From contig JAHJQL010000075.1 in the NCBI GenBank assembly GCA_018819065.1, positions 625 to 64,624 of the forward strand: a DNA stretch of 64,000 bases, given 5' to 3'. Numbering within the stretch: the first letter of the stretch is position 1; each line of letters starts with the position of its first letter. Below the pieces are notes generated by a model. That model saw nothing but the letters and a program-made list of their open reading frames with translations, ran no database searches and was not told where the DNA came from. Shown in pieces: positions 26,183-35,640 of this stretch. Made by a program: the position numbers and the translations under genes. The DNA is from Nanobdellota archaeon. GTDB taxonomy: Archaea; Nanobdellota; Nanobdellia; Woesearchaeales; GCA-2686295.

Positions 26183-28051
26183 TTAGTTGTTTTTAGAAAA
26201 AAAGTTTTCAATCATCTTCTCATAAAGAAGAGTGGTTTTTATACTCCAAGAAACAGGGAAACACCGATGATAATTACTCCAAGAATAACGCTCATCAAGA
26301 AAAATAACAACACCCTTATCAGTCTCGCTACGAATACACCTGCCAGCACTCTGAAGCGTCTTGTTAAATGCTGGAAATAAATAGCCATAATCCCACCCTT
26401 TTGAGAACTTCTTATCATAATAATCAATCAACGCTTTTGATTCAAGATCAGGCTTTGTAAGAGGAAGACCAACAACAACGACACACTTTAAGTAGTCACC
26501 TGGAAGATCAATTCCTTCACCAAAGCTTCCAGAAATCACGCCAAGAAGAACAGCTCCAACACCCTTATAACTCTTAAACTTCTCAAGAAGCTCGTGCTTC
26601 TCGCTTTTTGAAAGGTTGGCATGCTCTACAAAGACTGTTTTTTTAGAAAGAGTGTAGAATTCTTTGTAGACAACATCCCTTAAGTGGTAGCTTGGAAAAA
26701 AGAGCGCTGAATTTCCAGGAACAGCGTTGACTATCTTTGCTAATATTTGCGCAATCTCTCTAAACTGCTTTTGATTCCTCAACTCGTACTTTGTCGATGT
26801 CTTAGGAATTATTATGTTGAGGCGGTTCTCTTCAGGAAAAGGACTAGAATAAGTCTTCTCTTCAGCCTCTTCAAAGCCAAGCAGCTCCTTGTACATGTAT
26901 GTGGGTGTAAGAGTGCCAGACATCATAATGGTTGAATGAGTAGAATTAATAATTTTTTTAGTCGACAAGCTTGGATCAAGGCACCTGTAGCTTAAAACAA
27001 TAATTTTATCCCTTAGACCATCTTGCTTTGAGATTATCCTTGTAAAACCTTCATCATCGCCAAGCCATGATTCTAAGAAAGATGAGACAGAACCTATATA
27101 TGATTGCTTTTGTTCTTCTCTAACAGCGTCAGCGACAAAAGACAAATCATTGATGAGCTGCTGGTAATCACCAATAACATTTATTTTTTCAACAAACTCC
27201 TCTTTTTTCACATAACGCTCATCATCAGAGAAATCAGACATATCATTTAGCACGCTTCCAATATCAAAAAGGATCTGAGCAGTTTCTTCATACTTAAACT
27301 TCTTAGCTTCAGAAACAGCCCTTTTTATCATGATATTAGAAACCCTGACAGTGAATAAATCCTTAACCCTACCAGGAAGATTATGAGCCTCATCAACGAT
27401 TATGATTGCGTCTTTTAACTCTTTATCAATCTTCTTGAAGAGAATGTGGCTTATATCAGGGTTAAAAACGTAATAGTAATCACCAACGATTATTTTTGCA
27501 TTCTTAGACATGAGCATTGAAAGCTCATAAGGGCACAAACCATACTTTCCAGCCACCTTAAAAGATTCATCAGTTGTGACTAGTTTAATGCTTGACAATT
27601 CTGATATTGCAGACTTGGTCTCTGTGGACAGCTTATCCTTCTTCTTAAGGCGCTCATAAAACTCACACTTCTTATCTTCCCTCATCGCTCTGCAGTACTC
27701 GTTAAACTCCGAGGTGTACAGTTTACTGACCCCTGGCTGCAAGCACAAACCCTTTTTTCCAACAATACTAACAGCGACGAAATTCTTATCAAAACGCTTC
27801 ATTATATCTGAGAGTGTGCTCATAGCAATCTTATGCTGAGTATGCCTTGAAGTCAAGAAAAAGACAACTTTGTCATTTTCAATAGCATACTTTAAGCAAG
27901 GAGCAATTGACGCTGCAGTTTTACCAAGACCAGTAGGTGCATGAACTATGAGATTTTTTCCTCCTCTAACCACTTCATCAATTTTTAGAACGAGCTTATC
28001 TTGTATTTCCCTAACATTTTCATGAGGAAACAATAAACTATCAAAATTCAT
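26183..28051 (-). CDS. XPD/Rad3-type (DinG family) Fe-S DNA helicase
   Basis: Walker A HAPTGLGKT, DEAH box VDEAHNL, and four cysteines between them (CLQP..., EYCRAM, KKCEFY, GLCPYE) as in the XPD 4Fe-4S domain. Confidence 0.85.
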   Translation of the reverse strand: MNFDSLLFPHENVREIQDKLVLKIDEVVRGGKNLIVHAPTGLGKTAASIAPCLKYAIENDKVVFFLTSRHTQHKIAMSTLSDIMKRFDKNFVAVSIVGKKGLCLQPGVSKLYTSEFNEYCRAMREDKKCEFYERLKKKDKLSTETKSAISELSSIKLVTTDESFKVAGKYGLCPYELSMLMSKNAKIIVGDYYYVFNPDISHILFKKIDKELKDAIIIVDEAHNLPGRVKDLFTVRVSNIMIKRAVSEAKKFKYEETAQILFDIGSVLNDMSDFSDDERYVKKEEFVEKINVIGDYQQLINDLSFVADAVREEQKQSYIGSVSSFLESWLGDDEGFTRIISKQDGLRDKIIVLSYRCLDPSLSTKKIINSTHSTIMMSGTLTPTYMYKELLGFEEAEEKTYSSPFPEENRLNIIIPKTSTKYELRNQKQFREIAQILAKIVNAVPGNSALFFPSYHLRDVVYKEFYTLSKKTVFVEHANLSKSEKHELLEKFKSYKGVGAVLLGVISGSFGEGIDLPGDYLKCVVVVGLPLTKPDLESKALIDYYDKKFSKGWDYGYLFPAFNKTLQSAGRCIRSETDKGVVIFLDERYSWSNYHRCFPVSWSIKTTLLYEKMIENFFSKNN

Positions 28052-28110
28052 AAAATAAGAAGATGCATAAAGCTTTTAAAAACTTTATCAGGAAAAAATC
28101 GGATAAAAAT

Positions 28111-28845
28111 TTATTTTTTGAAAAAACGCCTAACCTTTGGATGCTCCTTAGTCTTCTTCCACGCTTCCTTTAAGCGCTTATGAACTCTCTTTAAGCCCCT
28201 CTCACTAACTTCCTGAACCTTTTCAGCCTGTTTTTCCCAGTGAACACTATAATCTTTAAACAATAAGTGCAAGTCTTTTATCTTCATCTTGTAACGGTTA
28301 AAATAAGTTACTGATTCTAAGTTCTTACGGTCACTAACAGGTTTTTCATCAGGGTAACCAAGAGTAATTATTGCTTGAGGACGAGCATTATCAGGTATTC
28401 CAAAAACAGTGCTAATTTTGTCCTCGTCAAACGCTCCAATCCAACAAGCGCCAAGACCAAGTTCGTTTGCAGCAAGAAGCATATTTTGAATTGCACAAGC
28501 ACAGTTTTGAACAGTATAAAGCCTTTTTCCTCTCAAGCCATAAAGCATCTCTGCCTTGTCAGTAACACCACAGACGATAATAGCTATTTGAGCATTATAA
28601 ACAGCTTCTTGATGAAGACAATGCTGATATATCTCTTTAAGAAGGTTTTTTTCAGTAACAACAATAAAACGCCAATTCTGCATGTTACCTGCGCTTGGAG
28701 CATGAATGCCAGCCTCTATTATCTGAGCAATCTTGTCAAACTCGACTGGTTGTTGAGTATACTTCCTAATAGACCTACGAGTTTTTATGCACTCAAAAGT
28801 GTTCATATCCACTCTTAAGAATTTATATTTTAAAAATTTATCCAT
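28111..28845 (-). CDS. Nitroreductase family protein
   Basis: TRRSIRKYTQQPV and PSAGNMQNWRF motifs. The probable true start is the internal MNTFECIK. Confidence 0.8.
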   Translation of the reverse strand: MDKFLKYKFLRVDMNTFECIKTRRSIRKYTQQPVEFDKIAQIIEAGIHAPSAGNMQNWRFIVVTEKNLLKEIYQHCLHQEAVYNAQIAIIVCGVTDKAEMLYGLRGKRLYTVQNCACAIQNMLLAANELGLGACWIGAFDEDKISTVFGIPDNARPQAIITLGYPDEKPVSDRKNLESVTYFNRYKMKIKDLHLLFKDYSVHWEKQAEKVQEVSERGLKRVHKRLKEAWKKTKEHPKVRRFFKK

Positions 28846-28867
28846 TCAAAAAAGAGTGTTTTTGTCT

Positions 28868-29617
28868 TTACTCTAATAAAGTCAATGCCAACATCACCAG
28901 AATTCCAAGCGTGAAAAATAACAACTGGATAACTGATTTTTTTAATGTAGTCTCCTTGTGCATCTCAGGGATTAAGTCAGAACTAGCAATGTAAATAAAT
29001 CCTCCGGCAGTAAATGGGATTAAAAAGTGAGTTATATCCATTACTCTAGAACCAATAATCAGCGTTATTATTACACCAACAACAGATGTTAGCGCAAATA
29101 AGAAATTGAAAAACAAAGCTTTCTTCTTTGTAAAACCCCCATGGATAAGCACACCAAAATCAGCAATCTCCTGAGGAATCTCGTGTAGAAGAACAGCAAT
29201 TGTTGTTGCAATACCAACAGGGATGCTTGCCAAGTAACTAGCACCAATAATTATTCCATCCATCAAGTTATGAACTCCATCACCAATCAAGTTCATTATA
29301 GCAACGGGGTGCTTGTGATTCTTAGTAATTGGCATGTGACAATGCCTCCAATGAATCACTTTTTCAATGACGAAAAAACAACCAATTCCAACTAACACAT
29401 AAATAGAAACATTCAGGCCAAAGCCAGCCTCTTTGACTGCTTCTGGCAAGAGGTGTATAAACGTGTCTCCAAGAAGCGCACCAGCAGAGAAGCTAATCAT
29501 ATAAATCAAGGTGTTCTTAAGTTTTTTATCACTCAAAGAAATGCTTATAACACCAATAAGGGAAATTAAACTAACAATGACAACACTTATTAATGAATAA
29601 AGCCACACCTTTAACAT
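28868..29617 (-). CDS. ZIP-family divalent metal transporter (ZupT-like)
   Basis: HNLMDGIIIG and HEIPQEIADF signature helices. Multi-TM protein. Confidence 0.85.
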   Translation of the reverse strand: MLKVWLYSLISVVIVSLISLIGVISISLSDKKLKNTLIYMISFSAGALLGDTFIHLLPEAVKEAGFGLNVSIYVLVGIGCFFVIEKVIHWRHCHMPITKNHKHPVAIMNLIGDGVHNLMDGIIIGASYLASIPVGIATTIAVLLHEIPQEIADFGVLIHGGFTKKKALFFNFLFALTSVVGVIITLIIGSRVMDITHFLIPFTAGGFIYIASSDLIPEMHKETTLKKSVIQLLFFTLGILVMLALTLLE

Positions 29618-29648
29618 TTTTTAAGAGATTGAAGAATAATATATAAAT

Positions 29649-31502
29649 CTATTTAGAACTTTTCAACTCAAGATTCTCCTTGTACTTGACAGCGTCAATA
29701 ATAACTTTTCCAATCTGGTTGTTCTTGCTAATCTTTATAATGGCTTTTTTGCTGGAGCGAGCCGTCAATATGTATTCACCATCCAAAAACAAATCTACAT
29801 CTACATTTGAGTACTCTGCTGCAAGCATGAAAGTTAAGTTGCTCTTATGAATCTTCACTGTGAAATTAATAGGCTCAGAAGAACTAACCTTTGAAGCCTC
29901 ACCCCTGTGTTCGCCTTTTGATTCTTGCAAGTCACGAATGTCGATGCTTAAGCCAAGTTTTTTCTCAATCTTTTCAATGTTTGAACCATTCTTCCCAATA
30001 ATTGCAGACCTGTGTTTATCAGGCACGTAAACAACGCATTTGTTGTTTGAAACAACATCAACATTAACATTGTCAGAATATCTAAGGAACTCGCGCTTAA
30101 TAGAATCAGCTGCCAGCGAATGAGTGGGTGCCTTTGTCTCAGAAGAAACCGGAATAACCACTGTTTGCTCTCCATAAGTGTAAATTTCAAACTCGAGCCT
30201 TCCAGTATTAAAATCATGGATGACAACGACAGGCCTTGCAAGGTCCTGCTCAAACATTCCAGAAGGAACCTTAACTTCCATGCTCAAAGAGAAAACATTA
30301 CTAATCTGACCATCTCTAATAAAAATAACAGTGTCAACGATGTGAGGAATTACTCCAAGCTCGATTCGACCAATGAACCTCTGGATTGCATCAATGGACT
30401 TTGTAGCGTGCATAACACCAATCATTCCAACACCAGAAAGCCTAAGATCAGCAAACAACCTAAAATCCTCAGTGTTTCTCATCTCATCAAAAATAGTGTA
30501 ATCAGGTCTAGACAAAAGCAAGATGTCATGAATCTCCTGACTACTACCATGACTTATTGAGTATTGTGTGACCTCGGGCGGAAGAATTAAATCACGCGGA
30601 GCCTCAATAGTCTTAATGACTTTATCAGACAAAGCGTAAAACTCTGCAAGTGCTTGAGCAAAAGTAGATTTTCCATGACCAGGCGCACCAGAAATAAGAA
30701 TTCCTTCAGCCTGCACTGAAATCCTCTTCATCAATTTTTCAGGAATATTATAATCCTTAAGAGTCAATCGCTTAACAGGCCTAACAGCAGTAATCTCATA
30801 ACCATCAGCAAACGGAGGTCTCGTAATAACTATTCTGTAATTGGATAATTGGATGATAGTGGAACCGCGTCTGTCAATCTCAATAAAACTGTCCTTTCGA
30901 AGACCAGTTTCCTCAGTAATTTGCTTAGCAAGCTCTTTTACATCATCACCAGTCATAACAACATCAGAAATAGTGACATACTGCCAATCACCAGGCCGAC
31001 CCTTCTTAGCTTTTGGAACGCAATCCTCCTTTAAGTGAATACTCATGGTGTTTGCGTCAAAAAACTTAGCTAACACGGGTTCTTTGGCAAGTTCTTCTTT
31101 TGGAAACTCATACAAAATAACATCAACACCCTTAGACTCTGCAACAATAGCCTGAACCTTATCAGCAGTAATCAAAGTACCTTTTTCAACAAGTGCAAGC
31201 TCCCTAATAATAGAGTCAATCTCACCGCTTTTTGCACGCCTAATCTCAAAATCACCAGGTCTCACACCCTTAAACTCAATAGTGAACTTGTACTTCTTGC
31301 TAATATCACGAAGTTTTTTAATCTCCTCAAGACCAAGATGACCAGTCTCCCTACCCTTATTAGCCTGAGCCTCAAGCTCAGAAATAACCGCTTCATGAAT
31401 AATAATTATTTTAGGATTTAACTCCTTGTTTTCAATCCGTTTAGAAAGAATACCTTCAATAATAATACTTGTGTCTGGAATAATTTTTTCCACTTTTTTC
31501 AT
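29649..31502 (-). CDS. PIN-domain / PilT-type ATPase / KH-domain protein (archaeal COG1855 type)
   Basis: N-terminal PIN-like IIPDTSIIIEG, Walker A GAPGHGKST, and a C-terminal KH-like segment IIGKNGSNIEKIEKKLG. Confidence 0.8.
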   Translation of the reverse strand: MKKVEKIIPDTSIIIEGILSKRIENKELNPKIIIIHEAVISELEAQANKGRETGHLGLEEIKKLRDISKKYKFTIEFKGVRPGDFEIRRAKSGEIDSIIRELALVEKGTLITADKVQAIVAESKGVDVILYEFPKEELAKEPVLAKFFDANTMSIHLKEDCVPKAKKGRPGDWQYVTISDVVMTGDDVKELAKQITEETGLRKDSFIEIDRRGSTIIQLSNYRIVITRPPFADGYEITAVRPVKRLTLKDYNIPEKLMKRISVQAEGILISGAPGHGKSTFAQALAEFYALSDKVIKTIEAPRDLILPPEVTQYSISHGSSQEIHDILLLSRPDYTIFDEMRNTEDFRLFADLRLSGVGMIGVMHATKSIDAIQRFIGRIELGVIPHIVDTVIFIRDGQISNVFSLSMEVKVPSGMFEQDLARPVVVIHDFNTGRLEFEIYTYGEQTVVIPVSSETKAPTHSLAADSIKREFLRYSDNVNVDVVSNNKCVVYVPDKHRSAIIGKNGSNIEKIEKKLGLSIDIRDLQESKGEHRGEASKVSSSEPINFTVKIHKSNLTFMLAAEYSNVDVDLFLDGEYILTARSSKKAIIKISKNNQIGKVIIDAVKYKENLELKSSK

Positions 31503-31625
31503 ATAAAAAAGAATAATGTTTGTCTTTTTTAAATGTTGCTATGAGACAAAACAATTATTTCATACTATTTCTGCACAGGACATTTATCCGTATAGCTTTT
31601 AAACTCATATTCTGTTTGTTAATTT

Positions 31626-32291
31626 ATGATTTCCAAAAGCATGAGTATGAAATTAAAATTAACACCAGAACTTTCAGAGTTTATAGGTATGCATATAGGA
31701 GACGGAACCCTCTATAAGACAAACCGTGCTCTTGTTTGGGAAATGCGAGGTGATTTAAAAGAACAATCTTTCTACGACAACCATGTTATACCTTTATTAA
31801 AAATACTATTCAATGATGATTTCAAAGGCAAAATCAGAACTGGTGGAAAAAGAGGAGTTTATGGCGTTCAAACGACAAACAAATCATTAATTCAAACAAT
31901 TATATCTTTTGGTATTAATCCGGGCAGAAAGTCAAATATATCAATACCTGAAGATATATTAAATTCAAACTTTTTGATTCAAACAAGGTTCTTAAGAGGC
32001 TATTTTGACACTGATGGATGTGTCCGGTTTGACAAGCCCAATAAACATAAAATAGCTTATTATCCTAAGATAGAATTTGCATCTTCTTCAAAAAAATTAC
32101 GAGACGACTTGAAATTATTGTTAAGAAGAGTTGGACTTGAATCCTACACTTGGGATGTGAAAAATAAGTTGGAGTTCAAACTCTGTTTAGCGGGAAAAAT
32201 TAAGACTTTGTTCTGGATAAAAAATATTTGTTCTAAGAATCCAAAACATTTAGATAAATTTTTAAAGTGGCTAAAACTACAAATTAATTAA
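31626..32291 (+). CDS. LAGLIDADG homing endonuclease (two-motif, free-standing)
   Basis: Two LAGLIDADG motifs, LSEFIGMHIGDGTL and FLRGYFDTDGCV, about 100 aa apart. The ORF is not embedded in any recognisable intron or intein and ends 8 nt before a tRNA-Ser 5' module. Confidence 0.8.
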   Translation: MISKSMSMKLKLTPELSEFIGMHIGDGTLYKTNRALVWEMRGDLKEQSFYDNHVIPLLKILFNDDFKGKIRTGGKRGVYGVQTTNKSLIQTIISFGINPGRKSNISIPEDILNSNFLIQTRFLRGYFDTDGCVRFDKPNKHKIAYYPKIEFASSSKKLRDDLKLLLRRVGLESYTWDVKNKLEFKLCLAGKIKTLFWIKNICSKNPKHLDKFLKWLKLQIN

Positions 32292-32295
32292 TGTT

Positions 32296-32316
32296 TCACG
32301 CCGAGGTCGCACAACG
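32296..32316 (+). other. Duplicated tRNA-Ser 5' module (leader + acceptor 5' strand + D-stem), copy A
   Basis: tcacGCCGAGGTCGCAcAAC at 32296-32315 matches tcacGCCGAGGTCGCAtAAC at 32456-32475: 16 exact nt, one mismatch, then 3 more. No matching 3' acceptor strand or T-arm lies between the copies. Confidence 0.6.
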
Positions 32317-32459
32317 GGTTATGCTCCGTTGATGCGCAAAGTGCGGCACAAGACCGCACAAATAAAAAAATCACATTCACGCAGAGGTTGCATTAGTCAA
32401 AAAACAAAAAAGTTTTTTGGAAATGCTTCTCGTCGTTCGCTTCATTACATTACACTCAC

Positions 32460-32676
32460 GCCGAGGTCGCATAACCTGGTATTGCGCAGACAAGAAAAGA
32501 AATACTCTTTTTTGGCGTAAGATTGCTAAGGACTTGTTTGTCTTTATGAAACCAGCAGTACCGCACAGATCCTGTTCCTTCGGGAATTGTGGGTTCAAAC
32601 GACGATTTCGCTCGTCGGCAACGAGGGACAGCGTAAAGCTGTCCGAAGAAACGTTTTGAAAATCCCACCCTCGGCG
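32460..32676 (+). tRNA. tRNA-Ser-like gene with a T-loop (59/60) intron and an interrupted, unresolved anticodon arm (GCT candidate)
   Basis: GCCGAGG-TC-GCA-TAACCTGGTAT-TGC-G ... GTGGG-TTCAAA [intron 32600..32662] T-CCCAC-CCTCGGC-G. The acceptor and T stems are perfect. G73, a 3-bp D-stem with a long D-loop and a possible extra arm (GTTCC-TTCG-GGAAT) suggest class II Ser. The only Ser-compatible loop is TTGCTAA at 32523-32529. No contiguous 5-bp/7-nt anticodon arm exists. Confidence 0.6.
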
Positions 32677-32865
32677 TTTTCTCTTATTTTTGACGATTTT
32701 ATCGTCGATAAACTATTGTCAAAGTTCAACACAGTAGTTAGGTGTTGGCGTAATCTACATATAGCCGACATTAAAAAACAGGTCACTTTATGATCCTCTG
32801 AATTTTTTAATGAAATGGCGTTTTTTCGTAAAATACATAATAATAATACTCCAATAATATTACGC

Positions 32866-33000
32866 ATGATATACAATCACGTCATAAGGGTAAAACTAAC
32901 AAGAAGTCAACTTGAAAAAGTAAAGCAGGATGCAGAGCGAATGTGATTTCGATATCCGCCACAATATATACGATGGTTCGTACTTAACAAATCAACAGAA
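32866..33000 (+). pseudogene. Disrupted ribbon-helix-helix (CopG-like) gene remnant
   Basis: ATG at 32866 gives MIYNHVIRVKLTRSQLEKVKQDAERM* (RHH beta-strand plus helix 1 pattern). A shifted frame continues NVISISATIY..., resembling the usual G-S-S-YIR helix 2. Confidence 0.3.
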
Positions 33001-33105
33001 GAAAAAATAAATCTTATCTATTGGATGTTAAAACGGATAGAAAATCCTAATGCATGGAAAGAAGAAATAATAGAAGAATACAAAAGTAAAAACCTAAAGA
33101 TTTAA

Positions 33106-34848
33106 TTACCGAATTAAGTATTTACTATTCTCATAGTTTTGAAACTTATTTTTAATGTATTCTGTACTCATGACATCCATATGTGGTACCAAAAAAGTAA
33201 TATCTGGGAAAAAATAATGATCACCACTATAAATATAATTGTCACCGGTACGCCAAAAGTTGACTCCAAGGGCATTGAAGAAACAACCAGTGTTTGTTTT
33301 ACATGAGGTTCCAAGATTACAGTCCCTCAAATATATTCCTAATTCATTATATATTTTAGAATTTATAGACATAAAACAATTATCCCACGAATTTTGGTCA
33401 TCATCTTGAATATTAGTTGTACACGACTTCCATTGCATATAATAAGGGTAGCAAGGTTCAGCGGTATTGAGAGTGCCATTACACCACTTTGGGCATCCTT
33501 CTTTATCAATGTTGGGAGCTATAGAAACCGAATCATCATAAATAAGGGGTGTTGTACGGGTATATTCATCCGCTATACCTAATAAATGACCGTATTCGTG
33601 AGCAAATGCATACGGACTATCTAAATTCATAAGTTTACCGCCAGTATTTACTCCTGATTTTATGTAAACCGCTTGATCCATATCAGTCTTAGATAAATCA
33701 ATCCCACAAATTTCTTTTGTTAAATATATAAAAGTTTCAGTAGCATCTCCTGGTGCCTGAGTTTCTGAATCAGCTATTTGAAACGTTTTAGGTGTTGGCC
33801 AAATATAATATACATCAAAAATATTAGAATATGATTTATAAGGCTCAACAAAAAACAGACCGACTTTTTCATAAGTTGGTAAGTCAGGAGCAAGTCCTAT
33901 GGCGATTTGTATAGTTTTATTTAACTCTGATTCAATTGCTGATAGCCTAGCTGCCATAAATACAATATTAATTTTTTTATTGGCTGAACCTGAATAAACA
34001 TTTTTACAGGAATAATCAGTCTTATCCAATAACTCAATGTTTGTTGTTGTATAATAAGTATTTCCAGATATATCCTTAATTTCAATCTTAAACTTCGCGT
34101 TTCCTTTAGACAATGTAGATACGAGAATGTTCCCACTAAAATCTGTGGTCATAAAGTATTTACCGTTATAAGATGATACGCCGACAGCTCCGAGTTGAAT
34201 ACTAACACTTTCAACATTACCTTGTTCATCCTCAACAGATAGAGTGTATTCATTCAGAATATTAAACTTATCATAATCATAACTTAACCTTAAATAAACA
34301 GGCGTTTCAGTATTCAAAAAAGCAATATTTGTATAAGTTCCTCTAAATCTTAAACTACACTCATCATTGTTACACGCTATTGATTTAGTACTACAAGGAT
34401 TTTTCGGTTGCGTTAATTGAGTAGTGCACCAATCCGTATTCCAATGCAATCCAATTGGTAAAATATCTCTACTATCTATAATGCCATCTGCATTAGTGTC
34501 CAAAGAAGGATTATACAATAAAGAACCACAAGTAGCACCATAAGATGAAGATATCCCATATCGAAGCTTTTGACACGCTTCAATATTTGTTTGTTCGTTT
34601 GATTGTACTGCGCCACCAACAGTATCTCGAGACACCAAGGTTTGCGAAGACACATTTATTACAACCGTATGTGAATTTAAAAACGTTAAAGAAACCATAA
34701 TGATAATAGCTATGACCGCTACGATACCTACAACAATAAATCCTTTTTCTTCACGCATATAATCACCATCTAACAAATAAATAATGCCTAAAGATATAAT
34801 TGCTATATGAAGCATAAGTAGTTTATAAATATGTTGTTTTTGAATCAT
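33106..34848 (-). CDS. Secreted/membrane-anchored zinc metallopeptidase, M64 (IgA-peptidase)-like, with dockerin/EF-hand-like loop
   Basis: N-terminal TM helices, DTNADGIIDSRD calcium-loop-like motif, and HExxH embedded in FAHEYGHLLGIADEY (M64-type HExGHxxxxLxDEY). Confidence 0.7.
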   Translation of the reverse strand: MIQKQHIYKLLMLHIAIISLGIIYLLDGDYMREEKGFIVVGIVAVIAIIIMVSLTFLNSHTVVINVSSQTLVSRDTVGGAVQSNEQTNIEACQKLRYGISSSYGATCGSLLYNPSLDTNADGIIDSRDILPIGLHWNTDWCTTQLTQPKNPCSTKSIACNNDECSLRFRGTYTNIAFLNTETPVYLRLSYDYDKFNILNEYTLSVEDEQGNVESVSIQLGAVGVSSYNGKYFMTTDFSGNILVSTLSKGNAKFKIEIKDISGNTYYTTTNIELLDKTDYSCKNVYSGSANKKINIVFMAARLSAIESELNKTIQIAIGLAPDLPTYEKVGLFFVEPYKSYSNIFDVYYIWPTPKTFQIADSETQAPGDATETFIYLTKEICGIDLSKTDMDQAVYIKSGVNTGGKLMNLDSPYAFAHEYGHLLGIADEYTRTTPLIYDDSVSIAPNIDKEGCPKWCNGTLNTAEPCYPYYMQWKSCTTNIQDDDQNSWDNCFMSINSKIYNELGIYLRDCNLGTSCKTNTGCFFNALGVNFWRTGDNYIYSGDHYFFPDITFLVPHMDVMSTEYIKNKFQNYENSKYLIR

Positions 34849-35187
34849 AATAGGAAGCTATATCGACTGTAAGTAATTAACAAATAAATTACATTTTTTA
34901 TACTGAAACCTTTGTAGCTTTTTTTACTAGACATTATTTAAACTCTAATATCTCTTATTCATTAAAAGTTATTGTCCTCCCCCTCGAGAAAAAGCTACAT
35001 TTAAATAGGAAAATGCTTTATCTAGATGAAAGAATGTCAAGAATTGTAAATCGAAAATATACAAATAGTTCTTGATCATGTTCAGAAATTGCGTCAAAAC
35101 AATTTCTGACATATAAAAATTATAGAGAATGTCAGATAAACACAGGTACTAAACCCGGCATGCACCCTCGGCGTATTTTTTTTTAAA

Positions 35188-35634
35188 ATGATATCTATCA
35201 ATGCAACGATAAAAAAAGGTTTTGAAGATTTAGGACTGCCAGTCTACAAGACAGAAGGTTCTGGAGCAGCGGACTTAAAAGCGGCAATAGAAAAAGCAAT
35301 TACTATTGCTCCTGGTGAGACTGCATTAATTCCAACAGGGATATTTGTCGAGATACCTGAGGGTCACATAATGCACATCACTCCTAGAAGTGGATTTGCA
35401 CTAAAAAACAGCATAAGCATCGTTAATTCTCCTGGAATTATAGATTCAGACTACCGTGGAGAAGTAGGTGTCATATTGATTAATCACGGAAAAGAGCCAT
35501 TCACCGTTAATCGTGGAGATAGGATAGCGCAGATGACTATACTGCAGATAAAAACCGCTAATTTTATGCTGATAAAAGAGCTTTCAGAAACACCAAGAGG
35601 TGCAGGTGGTTATGGGCATACTGGACACAAATAA
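35188..35634 (+). CDS. dut: dUTP diphosphatase (trimeric dUTPase)
   Basis: Motifs PRSG, GIIDSDYRGE and the C-terminal RGAGGYGHTG. Confidence 0.9.
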   Translation: MISINATIKKGFEDLGLPVYKTEGSGAADLKAAIEKAITIAPGETALIPTGIFVEIPEGHIMHITPRSGFALKNSISIVNSPGIIDSDYRGEVGVILINHGKEPFTVNRGDRIAQMTILQIKTANFMLIKELSETPRGAGGYGHTGHK

Positions 35635-35640
35635 CTTTTT

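Noticed and set aside
32329-32876. Cluster of overlapping 63-93-aa ORFs on both strands (32329..32520, 32377..32598, 32417..32659, 32456..32668, 32587..32793, 32595..32876)
   Set aside because: They cover the GC-rich tRNA-Ser locus and its introns. Mutual overlap on both strands and Arg/Cys-rich translations are typical of spurious ORFs over structured RNA.
35041-35175. Possible 3' half of a second tRNA-Ser ending in CACCCTCGGCG, with TTCAGAA as a T-loop
   Set aside because: The candidate T-stem strands do not pair, and TTCAGAA lacks the conserved A58. The region is better explained as two promoter-proximal hairpins (tcagaaattg/caatttctga and ctgacat/atgtcag) upstream of dut, plus a 12-nt repeat of the tRNA 3' end.
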